Positions 1 through 9,909 of a stretch of 64,000 nt of DNA are shown piece by piece. The DNA lies in contig CALGLP010000013.1 of assembly GCA_937930175.1 (NCBI GenBank), forward strand, positions 203,764-267,763. Direction: 5' to 3'. Below the pieces are notes generated by a model. The model worked only from the letters and a program-made list of their open reading frames with translations. It searched no databases and was not told the DNA's origin. This DNA is from an uncultured bacterium. Lineage in GTDB: Bacteria > Omnitrophota > Gorgyraeia > Zapsychrales > Aceulaceae. The stretch's first letter is position 1. Each line of letters begins with the position of its first letter. A program made the translations under genes and the position numbers.

Positions 1-350
1 ACATGGAAGTTGACTCTGAGATTGTGATTCAGCGTCTCACGGGGCGTCGAGTTTGTCGAAGCTGTGCAGCACTTTATCATATTAAGAATATGCCATCAAA
101 AAAAGAGGGCATTTGTGATCTTTGCCAAGGGACGCTTTATCAACGACCGGACGACAATGAAGAGACCATTCGCAAGCGTATCAGCGTCTATGTAGAAAGT
201 ACCGAGCCGATTGTTCATTATTATGTTGCGCAGGGAACATTGCTTAAAGTTGACGGCAATCAAGATGCTCAGAAACTTTGCGATCATTTGCTTGCGATTT
301 TTAAAAAAGACGGAAAAATTGATACCTGTCAGAACAAAAAAAGACATTGA
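1..350 (+). CDS. adk: adenylate kinase, C-terminal part (5' end outside window); LID domain with zinc-binding Cys pairs
   Basis: ORF 3..350 translation carries CRSC...CDLC in LID-domain context and an adenylate kinase C-terminus. Sits at the adk-map-infA-rpmJ-rpsM position of the ribosomal cluster. Confidence 0.85.
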   Translation, partial: MEVDSEIVIQRLTGRRVCRSCAALYHIKNMPSKKEGICDLCQGTLYQRPDDNEETIRKRISVYVESTEPIVHYYVAQGTLLKVDGNQDAQKLCDHLLAIFKKDGKIDTCQNKKRH

Positions 351-1062
351 GGCAATGCGAAGGGCCGGAAGGGCTCTAGCGCAGGTTGTAGATCGATTAC
401 GAAGTTCTTTGAAATGTGGCATGACAACTATCGAGGTTGATAGGCTCGGTGAAGATTTTATTGAGAAGCAAGGTGCCAAGCCTGCTTTTAAGGGTTATCG
501 AGGATATCCGTGTGCAGTGTGCACTTCCATCAATCAAGAGATTGTTCATGGTATCCCAAGTCAGCGTAAGATCAAAGACGGCGATATTCTAAGTATTGAT
601 GTCGGGCTTGTTATCGATGGATGGTTTGCGGACATGGCGTTTACTAAAGGCTTTGGTAACCTTGATGCAAGAAGGCAAAAACTTGTTGAAGTAACTGAGG
701 CGTCGCTGTATAAAGGGATCGCGCAAATGGTCGCAGGCAAGTATCTTTCGGATGTTGGATTTGCTATTCAAAGCTTTGTTGAACCTTTTGGATTTTCGAT
801 CGTTCGTGATTTTGTTGGTCATGGGATTGGGCGATCTCTACATGAAGACCCAGAAGTTCCTAATTTTGGACTTCCTTGTTCTGGGCCGATCTTAAAAGAA
901 GGTATGGTTTTTGCCATTGAGCCGATGGTCAATATGGGAACGGCGAGAACAAAGATTTGTGACGATCACTGGACTGTGGTGACTTGCGATGGGCAACCAT
1001 CTGCGCATTTTGAACATACTGTTGCGATTACGTCGAACGGTCCAGAGATTTTAACGCAGTAA
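319..1062 (+). CDS. map: methionine aminopeptidase type I
   Basis: Translation from the TTG at 319 gives (M)IPVRTKKDIEAMRRAGRALA, matching the canonical MetAP N-terminus (compare E. coli AISIKTPEDIEKMRVAGRLAA). The ATG at 355 is an alternative start. The pita-bread fold metal ligands are visible (D..D..H..E..E pattern). Overlaps the adk end. Confidence 0.8.
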   Translation: MIPVRTKKDIEAMRRAGRALAQVVDRLRSSLKCGMTTIEVDRLGEDFIEKQGAKPAFKGYRGYPCAVCTSINQEIVHGIPSQRKIKDGDILSIDVGLVIDGWFADMAFTKGFGNLDARRQKLVEVTEASLYKGIAQMVAGKYLSDVGFAIQSFVEPFGFSIVRDFVGHGIGRSLHEDPEVPNFGLPCSGPILKEGMVFAIEPMVNMGTARTKICDDHWTVVTCDGQPSAHFEHTVAITSNGPEILTQ

Positions 1063-1071
1063 TAAAATGAT

Positions 1072-1290
1072 ATGGCTAAAGAAGATTTAATTGAAGTGGA
1101 AGGTGTTATTAAAGAAGCGCTACCTAATGCTATGTTTCAAGTTGAGCTTGAAAATGGGCATCGGGTGTTAGCTCATATTGCAGGAAAAATGCGAGTTCAT
1201 TTCATACGGCTTCTACCTGGCGATAAAGTGAAGCTAGAACTTTCGCCGTATGATTTAACCAGAGGCCGTATTACGTATAGGGAAAAATAA
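1072..1290 (+). CDS. infA: translation initiation factor IF-1
   Basis: 72 aa with S1-like IF-1 signature ([12 protein letters not shown]...GKMR...). Confidence 0.95.
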   Translation: MAKEDLIEVEGVIKEALPNAMFQVELENGHRVLAHIAGKMRVHFIRLLPGDKVKLELSPYDLTRGRITYREK

Positions 1291-1291
1291 T

Positions 1292-1405
1292 ATGAAAGTC
1301 AAATCGTCCGTTAAGTGTATTTGTAGTCATTGTAAGATTGTCCGACGCAAGAGAGTCCTTCGCGTTATTTGCACAAATTCAAAACATAAGCAAAGACAGG
1401 GATAA
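1292..1405 (+). CDS. rpmJ: 50S ribosomal protein L36
   Basis: A 37-aa ORF absent from the supplied table because it is under 60 aa: [37 protein letters not shown], a C-x2-C-x12-C-x4-H zinc ribbon typical of L36. Lies between infA and rpsM as expected. Confidence 0.85.
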   Translation: MKVKSSVKCICSHCKIVRRKRVLRVICTNSKHKQRQG

Positions 1406-1408
1406 CGT

Positions 1409-1801
1409 ATGCCAAGAATATTAGGTATTGATCTTCCAAAAGAGAAACGCATTGAAGCCGCCCTTCCGTATCTTTATGGCATTGGGCGTAAAAATGGTTT
1501 AAAGATTTTAGAGCAAGCCAATGTTGATAAAAATAAGCGCGCTAAGGATTTGACGGAAGAAGAAGTTTCTAAGATTACAGCGATCATTCAGCGCGAATAT
1601 AGGACCGAAGGTGATTTGCGTCGTGAAGTAACGCAAAATATCAAGCGTCTTATTGATATCGGTTCGTATCGTGGAATGCGTCACAAGAAAGGTCTTCCGG
1701 CCCGTGGGCAGCGTACGAAAACTAATGCACGCACGCGTAAGGGTAAGAAGAAAAATTTGATGGCAGCGCCGAGCAAGCCGCCAGCTAAGGAGAGCAAATG
1801 A
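1409..1801 (+). CDS. rpsM: 30S ribosomal protein S13
   Basis: [26 protein letters not shown]... is a canonical S13 start. Confidence 0.95.
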   Translation: MPRILGIDLPKEKRIEAALPYLYGIGRKNGLKILEQANVDKNKRAKDLTEEEVSKITAIIQREYRTEGDLRREVTQNIKRLIDIGSYRGMRHKKGLPARGQRTKTNARTRKGKKKNLMAAPSKPPAKESK

Positions 1802-2214
1802 CGGATCAACCTCAACAATCCAGCGCCAAAGACAGCAAGCCAAAGCCAAAAAAGAAAATGCTTCGTGGCTTTACCAATGGTGAAATTCATATCCAGGCAA
1901 GTTTCAATAATACGATTGTTTCAGTTACGGATACGCAAGGACGCGTCATTGTATGGTCAAGCCCTGGGCATATGGGATTTAAAGGGTCTAAAAAGTCAAC
2001 ACCTTTTGCTGCGCAAATTACAGCTAGCGATGCGGCCAGGAGAGCCAAGGAGTTGGGGCTTGAGACCGTGGATGTTTTTGTTAAAGGTCCAGGGGCTGGA
2101 CGAGAATCAGCGATTCGCGCTGTTTCCGCAGCTGGGTTAAAAGTGTTATCGATTCGCGATGTAACGCCTGTGCCTCATAATGGTTGCCGGCCACGTAAAA
2201 AGCGAAGAGTTTAA
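1798..2214 (+). CDS. rpsK: 30S ribosomal protein S11
   Basis: [16 protein letters not shown]...[14 protein letters not shown] is an S11 signature. ATGA overlap with rpsM. Confidence 0.95.
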   Translation: MTDQPQQSSAKDSKPKPKKKMLRGFTNGEIHIQASFNNTIVSVTDTQGRVIVWSSPGHMGFKGSKKSTPFAAQITASDAARRAKELGLETVDVFVKGPGAGRESAIRAVSAAGLKVLSIRDVTPVPHNGCRPRKKRRV

Positions 2215-2231
2215 GCTAAAGGGAGAAATGT

Positions 2232-2858
2232 ATGGCGAAAGATCTTCAAGCCTATTGTCGCAAATGTCGACGCGAAGGCCAAAAGCTTTTTTTAAAGGGA
2301 ACGCGTTGTTCGACCCATAAATGTTCATTGTCCAGGCGAGAATATCCGCCGGGTCAGCATGGCACTAAAAGAGTTAAGCTTTCTAACTTTGGTCTTCAGC
2401 TACGGGAAAAGCAAAAGCTTAAAAGAATTTATGGTGTTCTTGAAAAGCAATTTCGTAATTATTTTTCGAAAGCCGCAAGCGCCAAAGGCGTCACCGGACA
2501 CACCTTGCTTCAAACCCTTGAGCGACGTCTTGATAATGTGATTTATCAACTGGGATTTGCTTCTTCGCGTGGGCAAGGGCGTCAGCTGGTCAGCCATGGA
2601 TATGTGTGGGTCAATGGTCGCCGTGTGAACGTGGCATCTTTTTTAGTGAAGAAAGATGATGATGTGCAGATTCGTTTTCAGAAAAAAGGTGAGAAGCTTG
2701 TTAAAGAAAATATCGAGCTCACAAAATCACGTCCTGTGCCAACTTGGTTAGTTGTTGATGGGGCTCAGTACAAGGCAAAGGTTGTCCGTTTGCCGGCGCG
2801 TGAAGATATACAGGTTCCGGTCAACGAGCAGCTTATCGTTGAACTTTATTCTCGATAG
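2232..2858 (+). CDS. rpsD: 30S ribosomal protein S4
   Basis: N-terminal C-x2-C...C-x5-C zinc module plus S4 domain (YQLGFASSR...). AGGGAG SD upstream. Confidence 0.95.
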   Translation: MAKDLQAYCRKCRREGQKLFLKGTRCSTHKCSLSRREYPPGQHGTKRVKLSNFGLQLREKQKLKRIYGVLEKQFRNYFSKAASAKGVTGHTLLQTLERRLDNVIYQLGFASSRGQGRQLVSHGYVWVNGRRVNVASFLVKKDDDVQIRFQKKGEKLVKENIELTKSRPVPTWLVVDGAQYKAKVVRLPAREDIQVPVNEQLIVELYSR

Positions 2859-2900
2859 CGAGAAATACGTGAATATTAATTAACGGCAGGAGGAATACAC

Positions 2901-3893
2901 ATGGGTGTTAAGTGGAGAGATTTTCAGATGCCAAAACGACTCGAGTGCGATGAGTCGACCTATACAGAGACATATGGCAAGTTCGTCGCCGAGCCGTTTG
3001 AAAAAGGATATGGAGTCACCTTAGGAAATTCCTTGCGTCGTATCATCCTTTCTTCGCTTGAGGGTAGTGCGATCACAGCAATGCGCATTGAAGGCGTTCA
3101 ACACGAATTTTCAACCATTGCTGGCGTCATGGAGTCGGTGACGGATATTGTCCTTAATGTTAAGCAATTGATTTTACGTTCACACTCCAAAGTGGCTAAA
3201 ACGATTTACATCAAAGCGGATAAAAAAGGTGAGGTTCGCGCTAAAGATATTATTTGCGATGAGACAATCGAGGTTTTGAATCCTGAGTTATTGATCGCGA
3301 CTTTAACTCAAGATGTGAAGTTTTTTGTTGAGCTCGAGGTGGCTCGTGGACGAGGTTATGTTCCAGCGGATGCTAATAAAAAAGAAGGCGTCCCGGTCCA
3401 TACGATTGCGGTTGACTCTATCTTTACGCCGATTATCAAGGTCAACTTTTCTGTTGAGAATACACGTGTTGGACAGCAGACGGATTATGACAAGCTAATC
3501 CTTGAAATTTGGACCAATGGTGGCGTTAATCCTAAAGAAGCTCTTTTGTACGGAGCGAACATTTTGCAGCGCCATTTGGATGTTTTTGTTAGCTATGGTC
3601 AGCTTCCTGAAGAAGAAGAAGAGCAAGAAGAGGTGTCGGCTGAAGAAAAAGCTCTTTATGAAAAGCTTCGCCTGCCGATTTCTGAACTCGAACTTTCTGT
3701 GCGCAGTGCTAATTGTTTGCGTGAGTCAAATATCAAGACGATTGCAGACCTTGTGCGTAAGACTGAGGCGGAACTTTTGAGCTTTAGGAATTTTGGCAAG
3801 AAGTCATTGACGGAAATTGATGATATCCTAAAGGCTATGAGCCTTGAATTGGGTATGAAAATTGATTTGAAAAAACTTCGACAAAAGGAATAA
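2901..3893 (+). CDS. rpoA: DNA-directed RNA polymerase alpha subunit
   Basis: 330 aa with an N-terminal dimerisation domain, an acidic linker and a C-terminal alpha-CTD HhH (LELSVRSANCL...). GGAGGA SD. Confidence 0.95.
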   Translation: MGVKWRDFQMPKRLECDESTYTETYGKFVAEPFEKGYGVTLGNSLRRIILSSLEGSAITAMRIEGVQHEFSTIAGVMESVTDIVLNVKQLILRSHSKVAKTIYIKADKKGEVRAKDIICDETIEVLNPELLIATLTQDVKFFVELEVARGRGYVPADANKKEGVPVHTIAVDSIFTPIIKVNFSVENTRVGQQTDYDKLILEIWTNGGVNPKEALLYGANILQRHLDVFVSYGQLPEEEEEQEEVSAEEKALYEKLRLPISELELSVRSANCLRESNIKTIADLVRKTEAELLSFRNFGKKSLTEIDDILKAMSLELGMKIDLKKLRQKE

Positions 3894-3905
3894 CAAGAGG
3901 ACTCT

Positions 3906-4487
3906 ATGCGACACGGAAAAGCTGGAAAACGATTTGGACGAAAATCAGGTTGGCGCAAGGCAACGGTTCGTGATATTGCTAAGGCCGCTTTGATTTGCCA
4001 ACGAATACGAACCACCGAGTCTCGCGCTAAAGAGTCACGGAAGCTTGTTGATCGGCTCATTACTTTAGGCAAAGAGGGCACTCTTGCTGCTAAGCGAAGG
4101 GCATTTGCCATTCTTTGTGATCATCAGATCGTGAGCAATCTTTTTGATCATATTGCCCCGCGGTTTAAGAATCGTGCGGGAGGTTATACGCGTATCATTC
4201 CTCTTGGAGAAAATCGTAGGGGAGATAATGCGCGCCTTGTTTTTCTTGAATTAACAGAAATGGAAATCAAGAAGGTTTCTAAACTTGATAAAACTTCGGT
4301 GAAGGGTAAAAAAGACGTTGTTTTGGAGAAATCCAAGCCTGATCATAAGGAAGCCCATGTTCCGGACGCCAAGATAAAAGAAGCTCCTAGGAAAGAAGAC
4401 AAAGCCGCATTAAAGGTTAAAGAAAAAGTTTCAAAATTTGCCTCTGGCGGAATACGCAAGATCTTTCGAGCGAAGAAGCCTGAATAA
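3906..4487 (+). CDS. rplQ: 50S ribosomal protein L17 with Lys-rich C-terminal extension
   Basis: MRHGKAGKRFGRKSGWRKA...GGYTRI is an L17 signature. Conserved position after rpoA. Confidence 0.9.
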   Translation: MRHGKAGKRFGRKSGWRKATVRDIAKAALICQRIRTTESRAKESRKLVDRLITLGKEGTLAAKRRAFAILCDHQIVSNLFDHIAPRFKNRAGGYTRIIPLGENRRGDNARLVFLELTEMEIKKVSKLDKTSVKGKKDVVLEKSKPDHKEAHVPDAKIKEAPRKEDKAALKVKEKVSKFASGGIRKIFRAKKPE

Positions 4488-4502
4488 TCCAGGAGTCTCT
4501 TG

Positions 4503-5684
4503 ATGCCTGTTTCTTTAAGAGCAAAAAATGTGATTGGTTCATCGACGCTCGCAATCACCGCGCGCGCGAAAGAGCTTCGTGCTCAAGGGCATGATGTTGT
4601 GAGCTTTGCGGCCGGTGAGCCTGATTTTGACACGCCTGATTTTATCAAAAAAGCTGCAATAGACGCCATCCAAAAAGGATTTACGAAGTATACCCCCAGC
4701 AGCGGAACCATCGAGCTTCGCGAGGCTATCGCGAAGAAATTCCTTAAAGACAATCATCTTTCGTATCAGGCCAAGGATCAAATCGTTGTTTCTTGCGGAG
4801 CCAAGCATTGTTTGTATAATCTGATGCAAGCCTTGGTTGAGCCAGGTGATGAAGTTTTGATCCCGGCGCCTTATTGGGTGAGCTATCCTGAAATGGTTAA
4901 GCTTGCAGGAGCGACGCCTAAATTCTTAGAAACATCCCAAGAAACGCACTTCAAGATAACTGCTAGACAGCTTGAAGAAAATATTTCACCTAATACAAAA
5001 ATGCTTATTCTAAACTCTCCCTCTAATCCGACGGGAACTGTTTATGCGCGCAAGGAACTTGAGGGTATCGCTGAGATTTGTGTTAAGCGCAATATTGTTG
5101 TCATCAGTGATGAAATTTATGAGAAACTTTGTTATACCGATGAGCCGTTTACCTCCATTGGATCTCTTAATAAAGATATTTATAATCTCACTGTTACGGT
5201 TAATGGGGTTTCAAAATCTTATGCGATGACAGGTTGGCGTATTGGTTATTTTGGCGCCTCCAAGGAGATCGCGCAGAATGTGGGCAAGATCCAGGACCAT
5301 TCTACGTCGAATCCGACGTCGATTAGCCAGGCAGCATCGCTCGCGGCTTTGAATGCAGATGAAAGCACATTGATGGAGATGAAGCAGGAGTTTAAGAAGA
5401 GGCGAGATTTTATTATTAAATGTTTAGACAAAATTCCTGAAATTAGTTATATTTATCCTGAAGGTGCCTTTTACGTCTTTTGTAATATTAGCAAGATTGG
5501 CTTAGGTTCTGATATGATTGCCAAGCAGGTGTTAAATGAGAAAAATGTTGCGTGTATTCCAGGATCAGGCTTTGGCGCGGATGACTATATCCGCTTGAGT
5601 TTTGCAACCTCGATGGAGCGTATTGAAGAGGGCACAAGCCGTTTGGCAGAGTGGTTTAAAAAGAATAGCAAAGGAGTCTTATGA
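4503..5684 (+). CDS. class I/II pyridoxal-phosphate aminotransferase (aspartate aminotransferase-like)
   Basis: About 393 aa. SKSYAMTGWRIGY is a PLP-lysine motif region and NPSNPTG is a fold-type I motif. ATG at 4503 follows an AGGAG SD; the table ORF starts one codon earlier at a TTG. Confidence 0.85.
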   Translation: MPVSLRAKNVIGSSTLAITARAKELRAQGHDVVSFAAGEPDFDTPDFIKKAAIDAIQKGFTKYTPSSGTIELREAIAKKFLKDNHLSYQAKDQIVVSCGAKHCLYNLMQALVEPGDEVLIPAPYWVSYPEMVKLAGATPKFLETSQETHFKITARQLEENISPNTKMLILNSPSNPTGTVYARKELEGIAEICVKRNIVVISDEIYEKLCYTDEPFTSIGSLNKDIYNLTVTVNGVSKSYAMTGWRIGYFGASKEIAQNVGKIQDHSTSNPTSISQAASLAALNADESTLMEMKQEFKKRRDFIIKCLDKIPEISYIYPEGAFYVFCNISKIGLGSDMIAKQVLNEKNVACIPGSGFGADDYIRLSFATSMERIEEGTSRLAEWFKKNSKGVL

Positions 5685-6748
5685 CAAAGGCTGCTACAGA
5701 TATTCGTGAATTACTGATCATGGCCAGTGATCGCAACGCTTCTGATTTGCATTTAACTAACGAAACCCCACCTGTCTTACGTATTAATGGAAATTTGACC
5801 CTCGTTAAACATGATCCTTTAGATCGCGATACGCTGAAGCGAATGATTTATGGTCTTTTAACAGATGACCAAAAAGAACAATTTGAAAAAAAGCTTGAGC
5901 TTGATTTTTCGATTGCGCTTCCCGGGCTTGATCGTTTCCGTGCCAATGTGCATATGCAAAGAGGATGTGTTGAGGCTGCGCTTCGCCGCATTCCTTTATT
6001 TCTTCCGTCGATCGAGGAGCTCAGTCTTCCTAATGTTGTCCGAGAGTTTGGACAGCGTAAAGATGGCCTTATTCTTGTCACGGGCCCAACGGGAACAGGT
6101 AAGACAACGACTTTATCGGTCATGATCGACCTGATCAATAATCAACGATCGGATCTCATTATTTGTATTGAAGATCCAATTGAGTACATTCATTATAACA
6201 AGAAGTCGATCATCAAGCAGCGTGAAGTTTTTAGTGATACGCATTCCTTCGCGGAAGCCTTGAAGCGTTGTCTTCGTCAAGATCCGGATGTTATTGTCGT
6301 CGGTGAAATGAGAGATTTGGAAACGATTTCAACCGCTTTAACCGCGGCGGAAACAGGACATTTGGTTCTTGCGACTTTGCACACCCCTGACGCGCCTCAA
6401 ACCGTTGAGCGCATCATTGATGTTTTTCCTCCGCATCAGCAAGAGCAGGTCAAGATCCAGCTTTCGTCATGCTTAGCGGGTGTTCTTTCACAACGCTTAC
6501 TTCCGCGTAAAGATGGATCTGGCCGTGTTTTAGCGACGGAAGTTATGATTGCCACTCCGGGTATTCGTCATTTGATCCGCGAACAAGCCATTGAACAGAT
6601 CCCTACGGCTATTCAGACAGGCCACCGCTATGGGATGAAGACCATGGACAAGTCCCTGCAAGAATTATATCAAGCTGGCGCTGTGAGCTTCGAAGAAGCC
6701 ATTAGCCATGCCAAAAACCCCGAAGAATTTCAACGTCTCGCACAATAA
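5681..6748 (+). CDS. pilT: type IV pilus retraction ATPase PilT
   Basis: Walker A GPTGTGKTTT, Walker B DVIVVGEMRD, His box and the PilT AIRHLIRE motif. Confidence 0.85.
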   Translation: MTKAATDIRELLIMASDRNASDLHLTNETPPVLRINGNLTLVKHDPLDRDTLKRMIYGLLTDDQKEQFEKKLELDFSIALPGLDRFRANVHMQRGCVEAALRRIPLFLPSIEELSLPNVVREFGQRKDGLILVTGPTGTGKTTTLSVMIDLINNQRSDLIICIEDPIEYIHYNKKSIIKQREVFSDTHSFAEALKRCLRQDPDVIVVGEMRDLETISTALTAAETGHLVLATLHTPDAPQTVERIIDVFPPHQQEQVKIQLSSCLAGVLSQRLLPRKDGSGRVLATEVMIATPGIRHLIREQAIEQIPTAIQTGHRYGMKTMDKSLQELYQAGAVSFEEAISHAKNPEEFQRLAQ

Positions 6749-6759
6749 AGGAAATAACC

Positions 6760-7848
6760 ATGAGTTATCTCGTGACACTGCTTCCAGGTGATGGCATTGG
6801 GCCAGAAGTTTCATTGGCGATGAAGCAATGCATTGACGCTACCGGGGTTGTCGTCGATTGGGATGAGCAGCTTGTTGGCGAACCTGCAATTAAAAAGTAT
6901 GGGACACCGCTTCCCGCACAAGCGGTAGCCTCTGTTCGGCGCAATAAAGTTGCGATCAAGGGGCCGATCGTGACGCCGGTGGGCAAAGGCTTTCGTTCTG
7001 TGAATGTACAGCTGCGTCAAGAACTTGATCTCTTTGCGTGCGTTCGTCCTGCAAAATACATCGAAGGGACGTCATGTCGTCACAAGGGTCTTGATCTGAT
7101 GATTTTTCGTGAAAATACCGAAGATCTGTATATGGGCGTTGAGTTTGAGCAAGGGAGCCAAGATGCGCTTTCGCTTATCAAAAAGATTAATGGTTTACAG
7201 CCTAAGAAAATTCGTGTTGATTCTGCGATTTCTATTAAACCGATTTCTATGTTTGCTTCGGAACGCATTATTCGTTATGCCTTTGAGTATGCCCTCTTGC
7301 ATCATCGTAAGAAAGTTTCGCTGGTGCATAAGGCTAACATTATGAAGTTTACCGATGGTCTTTTTTTACGCGTTGGACGGGATATTGCTAAAGAATATGA
7401 AGGACGTGTTGGCTTTGAAGATGTCATTGTGGATAATATGTGCATGCAGCTTGTTCAGCGGCCTACTAATTATGATGTTTTGGTGTTAACAAATTTGTAT
7501 GGTGATATTATTTCTGATCTTTGCGCGGGGCTTGCTGGTGGGCTTGGGATCGCCCCAGGAGCTAATATAGGCGACGGCATTGCGCTTTTTGAGCCTGTGC
7601 ATGGTTCAGCACCAAAATATGCAGGGAAGAATAAAGTCAATCCAACAGCGACCATTCTCTCGGGTGTTATGATGCTCGAATATCTAGGGGAGCAAAAGGC
7701 CGCCCAGAGGCTTGAGCGGGCTGTTTTTGACGTTATCAAAGAAGGCAAGGACGTCACCTATGATCTTAAGGCTAACCGCGACGACCCGACCGCTGTGGGA
7801 ACAAAAGAAATGGCCAATGCCATTTGTGTGAAGCTAAGAGCTTCCTAG
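6760..7848 (+). CDS. isocitrate/isopropylmalate dehydrogenase family enzyme (NAD-IDH-like)
   Basis: LPGDGIGPEV N-terminus, NLYGDIISD active-site motif, 362 aa. Confidence 0.8.
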   Translation: MSYLVTLLPGDGIGPEVSLAMKQCIDATGVVVDWDEQLVGEPAIKKYGTPLPAQAVASVRRNKVAIKGPIVTPVGKGFRSVNVQLRQELDLFACVRPAKYIEGTSCRHKGLDLMIFRENTEDLYMGVEFEQGSQDALSLIKKINGLQPKKIRVDSAISIKPISMFASERIIRYAFEYALLHHRKKVSLVHKANIMKFTDGLFLRVGRDIAKEYEGRVGFEDVIVDNMCMQLVQRPTNYDVLVLTNLYGDIISDLCAGLAGGLGIAPGANIGDGIALFEPVHGSAPKYAGKNKVNPTATILSGVMMLEYLGEQKAAQRLERAVFDVIKEGKDVTYDLKANRDDPTAVGTKEMANAICVKLRAS

Positions 7849-7918
7849 GTTTTCTGCCTTCTTTTAAAACGCATCTCGTTTTTTCTAATCGCATACCTTC
7901 AAATCATTTTTAACTGCT

Positions 7919-8554
7919 ATGAAGTGTTCAATTGTTGATCTAGGCCTCATTGATTACCAAGATGCTTACCGTTTTCAGAAAGAAACCATTCAGAAAGTTT
8001 TAGAAGATACAAACAGCCGATTATTGATCTGTGAGCACAGGGCTGTTTTTACTATGGGCCGCAAGGCTGATGAGAAATTTCTTCTTGTTCATCCCAATGA
8101 CTTTGTTCAACAGAACATATCTGTTGTACGTGTTGATCGCGGAGGAGAGATCACCTTTCATGGACCAGGGCAGATGGTGATCTATCCTATTTTTGATCTT
8201 AATGCGATTAAAGATTTGAGAATATTTTTGTGGAAACTTGAAGAGGTCGTTATTGATTTATTAAGATATTTTGGTATAGTGGCTAATAGACAAAAAGGTT
8301 ATACTGGAGTGTGGGTGGGTGAGAAAAAGATCGCTTCGGTTGGCATTGGTGTCAAGAAGTGGATCAGCTATCATGGGATCGGCTTAAACGTAAGCACGGA
8401 TTTAAGGTTTTTTTCTATGATCAAGCCTTGTGGTCTTGATGTTGTCATGACGTCGATGGCGCAAGAGCTTGGCCAGGTGGTTGATCCTGCGAAGGTCAAA
8501 GAAAAGCTAATTGAAATAATGGCAAGCGAATTTAAACTTGAAATAATTCCTTAA
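7919..8554 (+). CDS. lipB: octanoyl-[ACP]:protein N-octanoyltransferase
   Basis: 211 aa, RGGEITFHGPGQ motif, conserved Lys in the KK...YHGIGLNV region. Confidence 0.85.
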   Translation: MKCSIVDLGLIDYQDAYRFQKETIQKVLEDTNSRLLICEHRAVFTMGRKADEKFLLVHPNDFVQQNISVVRVDRGGEITFHGPGQMVIYPIFDLNAIKDLRIFLWKLEEVVIDLLRYFGIVANRQKGYTGVWVGEKKIASVGIGVKKWISYHGIGLNVSTDLRFFSMIKPCGLDVVMTSMAQELGQVVDPAKVKEKLIEIMASEFKLEIIP

Positions 8555-8560
8555 TTAGTT

Positions 8561-8797
8561 ATGAACGAAATCAGAGTTCCTTTCTTAGGCGATGGCATTG
8601 ATAAAGTTATTGTTTGCCATTGGCATCACAAGCCCGGTGACGTGATCGCTCAAGGCGAAGACTTAGTTGAGGTTGAGGCGGACAAGGCGATCTTTAATAT
8701 TCCCTGCGAACACAACGGTCGATTAACCAAGATATTGATCGCGCAGGGGCAAGGCGCGCTGATCGGCCAAGTCATCGCTACGGTTGAAAATACATGA
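8561..8797 (+). CDS. free-standing lipoyl-attachment domain protein (78 aa)
   Basis: Single hybrid-barrel domain with VEADKAIFNIP, a lipoyl-lysine DKA motif rather than the biotinyl AMKM. Immediately downstream of lipB. Confidence 0.6.
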   Translation: MNEIRVPFLGDGIDKVIVCHWHHKPGDVIAQGEDLVEVEADKAIFNIPCEHNGRLTKILIAQGQGALIGQVIATVENT

Positions 8798-9909
8798 ACG
8801 AACATCCGCGCATCCTTTTAATGCATATTACAAAAACTTCTGGGCATCATCGCGCGACCTTGGCGATTGAAAGCGCGCTTCGGATCCTTCATCCACAGAC
8901 AGAGATCATGAATATTAATGGTTTGGCCTATGCCTATCCGATCTTAGAAAAGATCGCCAATGGTATTTACATGAATATTATTAAGCGACGGCCTCAGATC
9001 TGGGAATATCTTTATGATAATCCCAAAGTCATCAAGAATACAGCCACGGTGAAACGTATTATTAGTAATTCTCGTCATGGTAAGCTTGCCAAACTTTTTC
9101 GTCAATTTAACCCTACCGCGATCGTGTGCTCACAGGCTTTTCCTTGTGGCATGGTGGGTGATTTTAAAAAACGTTACAATTATCCTGTCAAACTGATTGG
9201 TGTGTTAACGGATTTTGCTCCGCATCATTATTGGGTTCATGAAAGCGTTGATGCGTATGTTGTTCCCACCCAAGAGGCGGCCAATCGATTAGTGAAGGAA
9301 GGCATTAAGCGTGAGCGTATTAAACTTTATGGCATTCCCGTTGATCCCAAATTTACAGCTACCGTTGATCGTGAAAAAGTCGCCCAAGATTTAGAGGTTA
9401 AGTTGGACGTGCCGATTATTCTTGTTATGGGCGGCGGGCAAGGGCTTGGCCCTATCAAAATGATTGTTAAGGCCTTAGCGCGATTGCGTAATGATTTTCA
9501 GCTTGTTGTTCTGGCCGGAACCAATAAGAGAACTTTTCGCCGCGTAAAGAAAACCAAATTTCCTCATGGGCAGAAGGTAATTGTTCTTCCACACGTTGAG
9601 AATGTTCACGAATTGATGGAAATAGCCAGTTTTGTGATCACGAAACCTGGTGGCATGACTACCGCGGAAGCCTTGGTCAAGGGTTTGCCGCTTGTGACCG
9701 TTAATCCTATTCCTGGCCAGGAGGCAAGAAACACGGAGCTTCTTTTAGAGAAGGGCATTGCGGTCAAGATCGATGACCTGGAAACCATTGGAATTCAAGT
9801 TAAAGCCTTGCTGGAATCGCCACAGCGATTAGTGGCCATGCGCCAGGCGGCTCAAAATTATGGCCGGCCCCAGGCCGCCATGGATATTGCAAGGTTAGCA
9901 CTCGAATAA
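8794..9909 (+). CDS. MGDG-synthase/MurG-like GT28 glycosyltransferase (diacylglycerol glycosyltransferase candidate)
   Basis: N-terminal MGDG_synth-like region and a C-terminal GT28 motif (VMGGGQGLG...ITKPGGMTTAEAL). Confidence 0.7.
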   Translation: MNEHPRILLMHITKTSGHHRATLAIESALRILHPQTEIMNINGLAYAYPILEKIANGIYMNIIKRRPQIWEYLYDNPKVIKNTATVKRIISNSRHGKLAKLFRQFNPTAIVCSQAFPCGMVGDFKKRYNYPVKLIGVLTDFAPHHYWVHESVDAYVVPTQEAANRLVKEGIKRERIKLYGIPVDPKFTATVDREKVAQDLEVKLDVPIILVMGGGQGLGPIKMIVKALARLRNDFQLVVLAGTNKRTFRRVKKTKFPHGQKVIVLPHVENVHELMEIASFVITKPGGMTTAEALVKGLPLVTVNPIPGQEARNTELLLEKGIAVKIDDLETIGIQVKALLESPQRLVAMRQAAQNYGRPQAAMDIARLALE

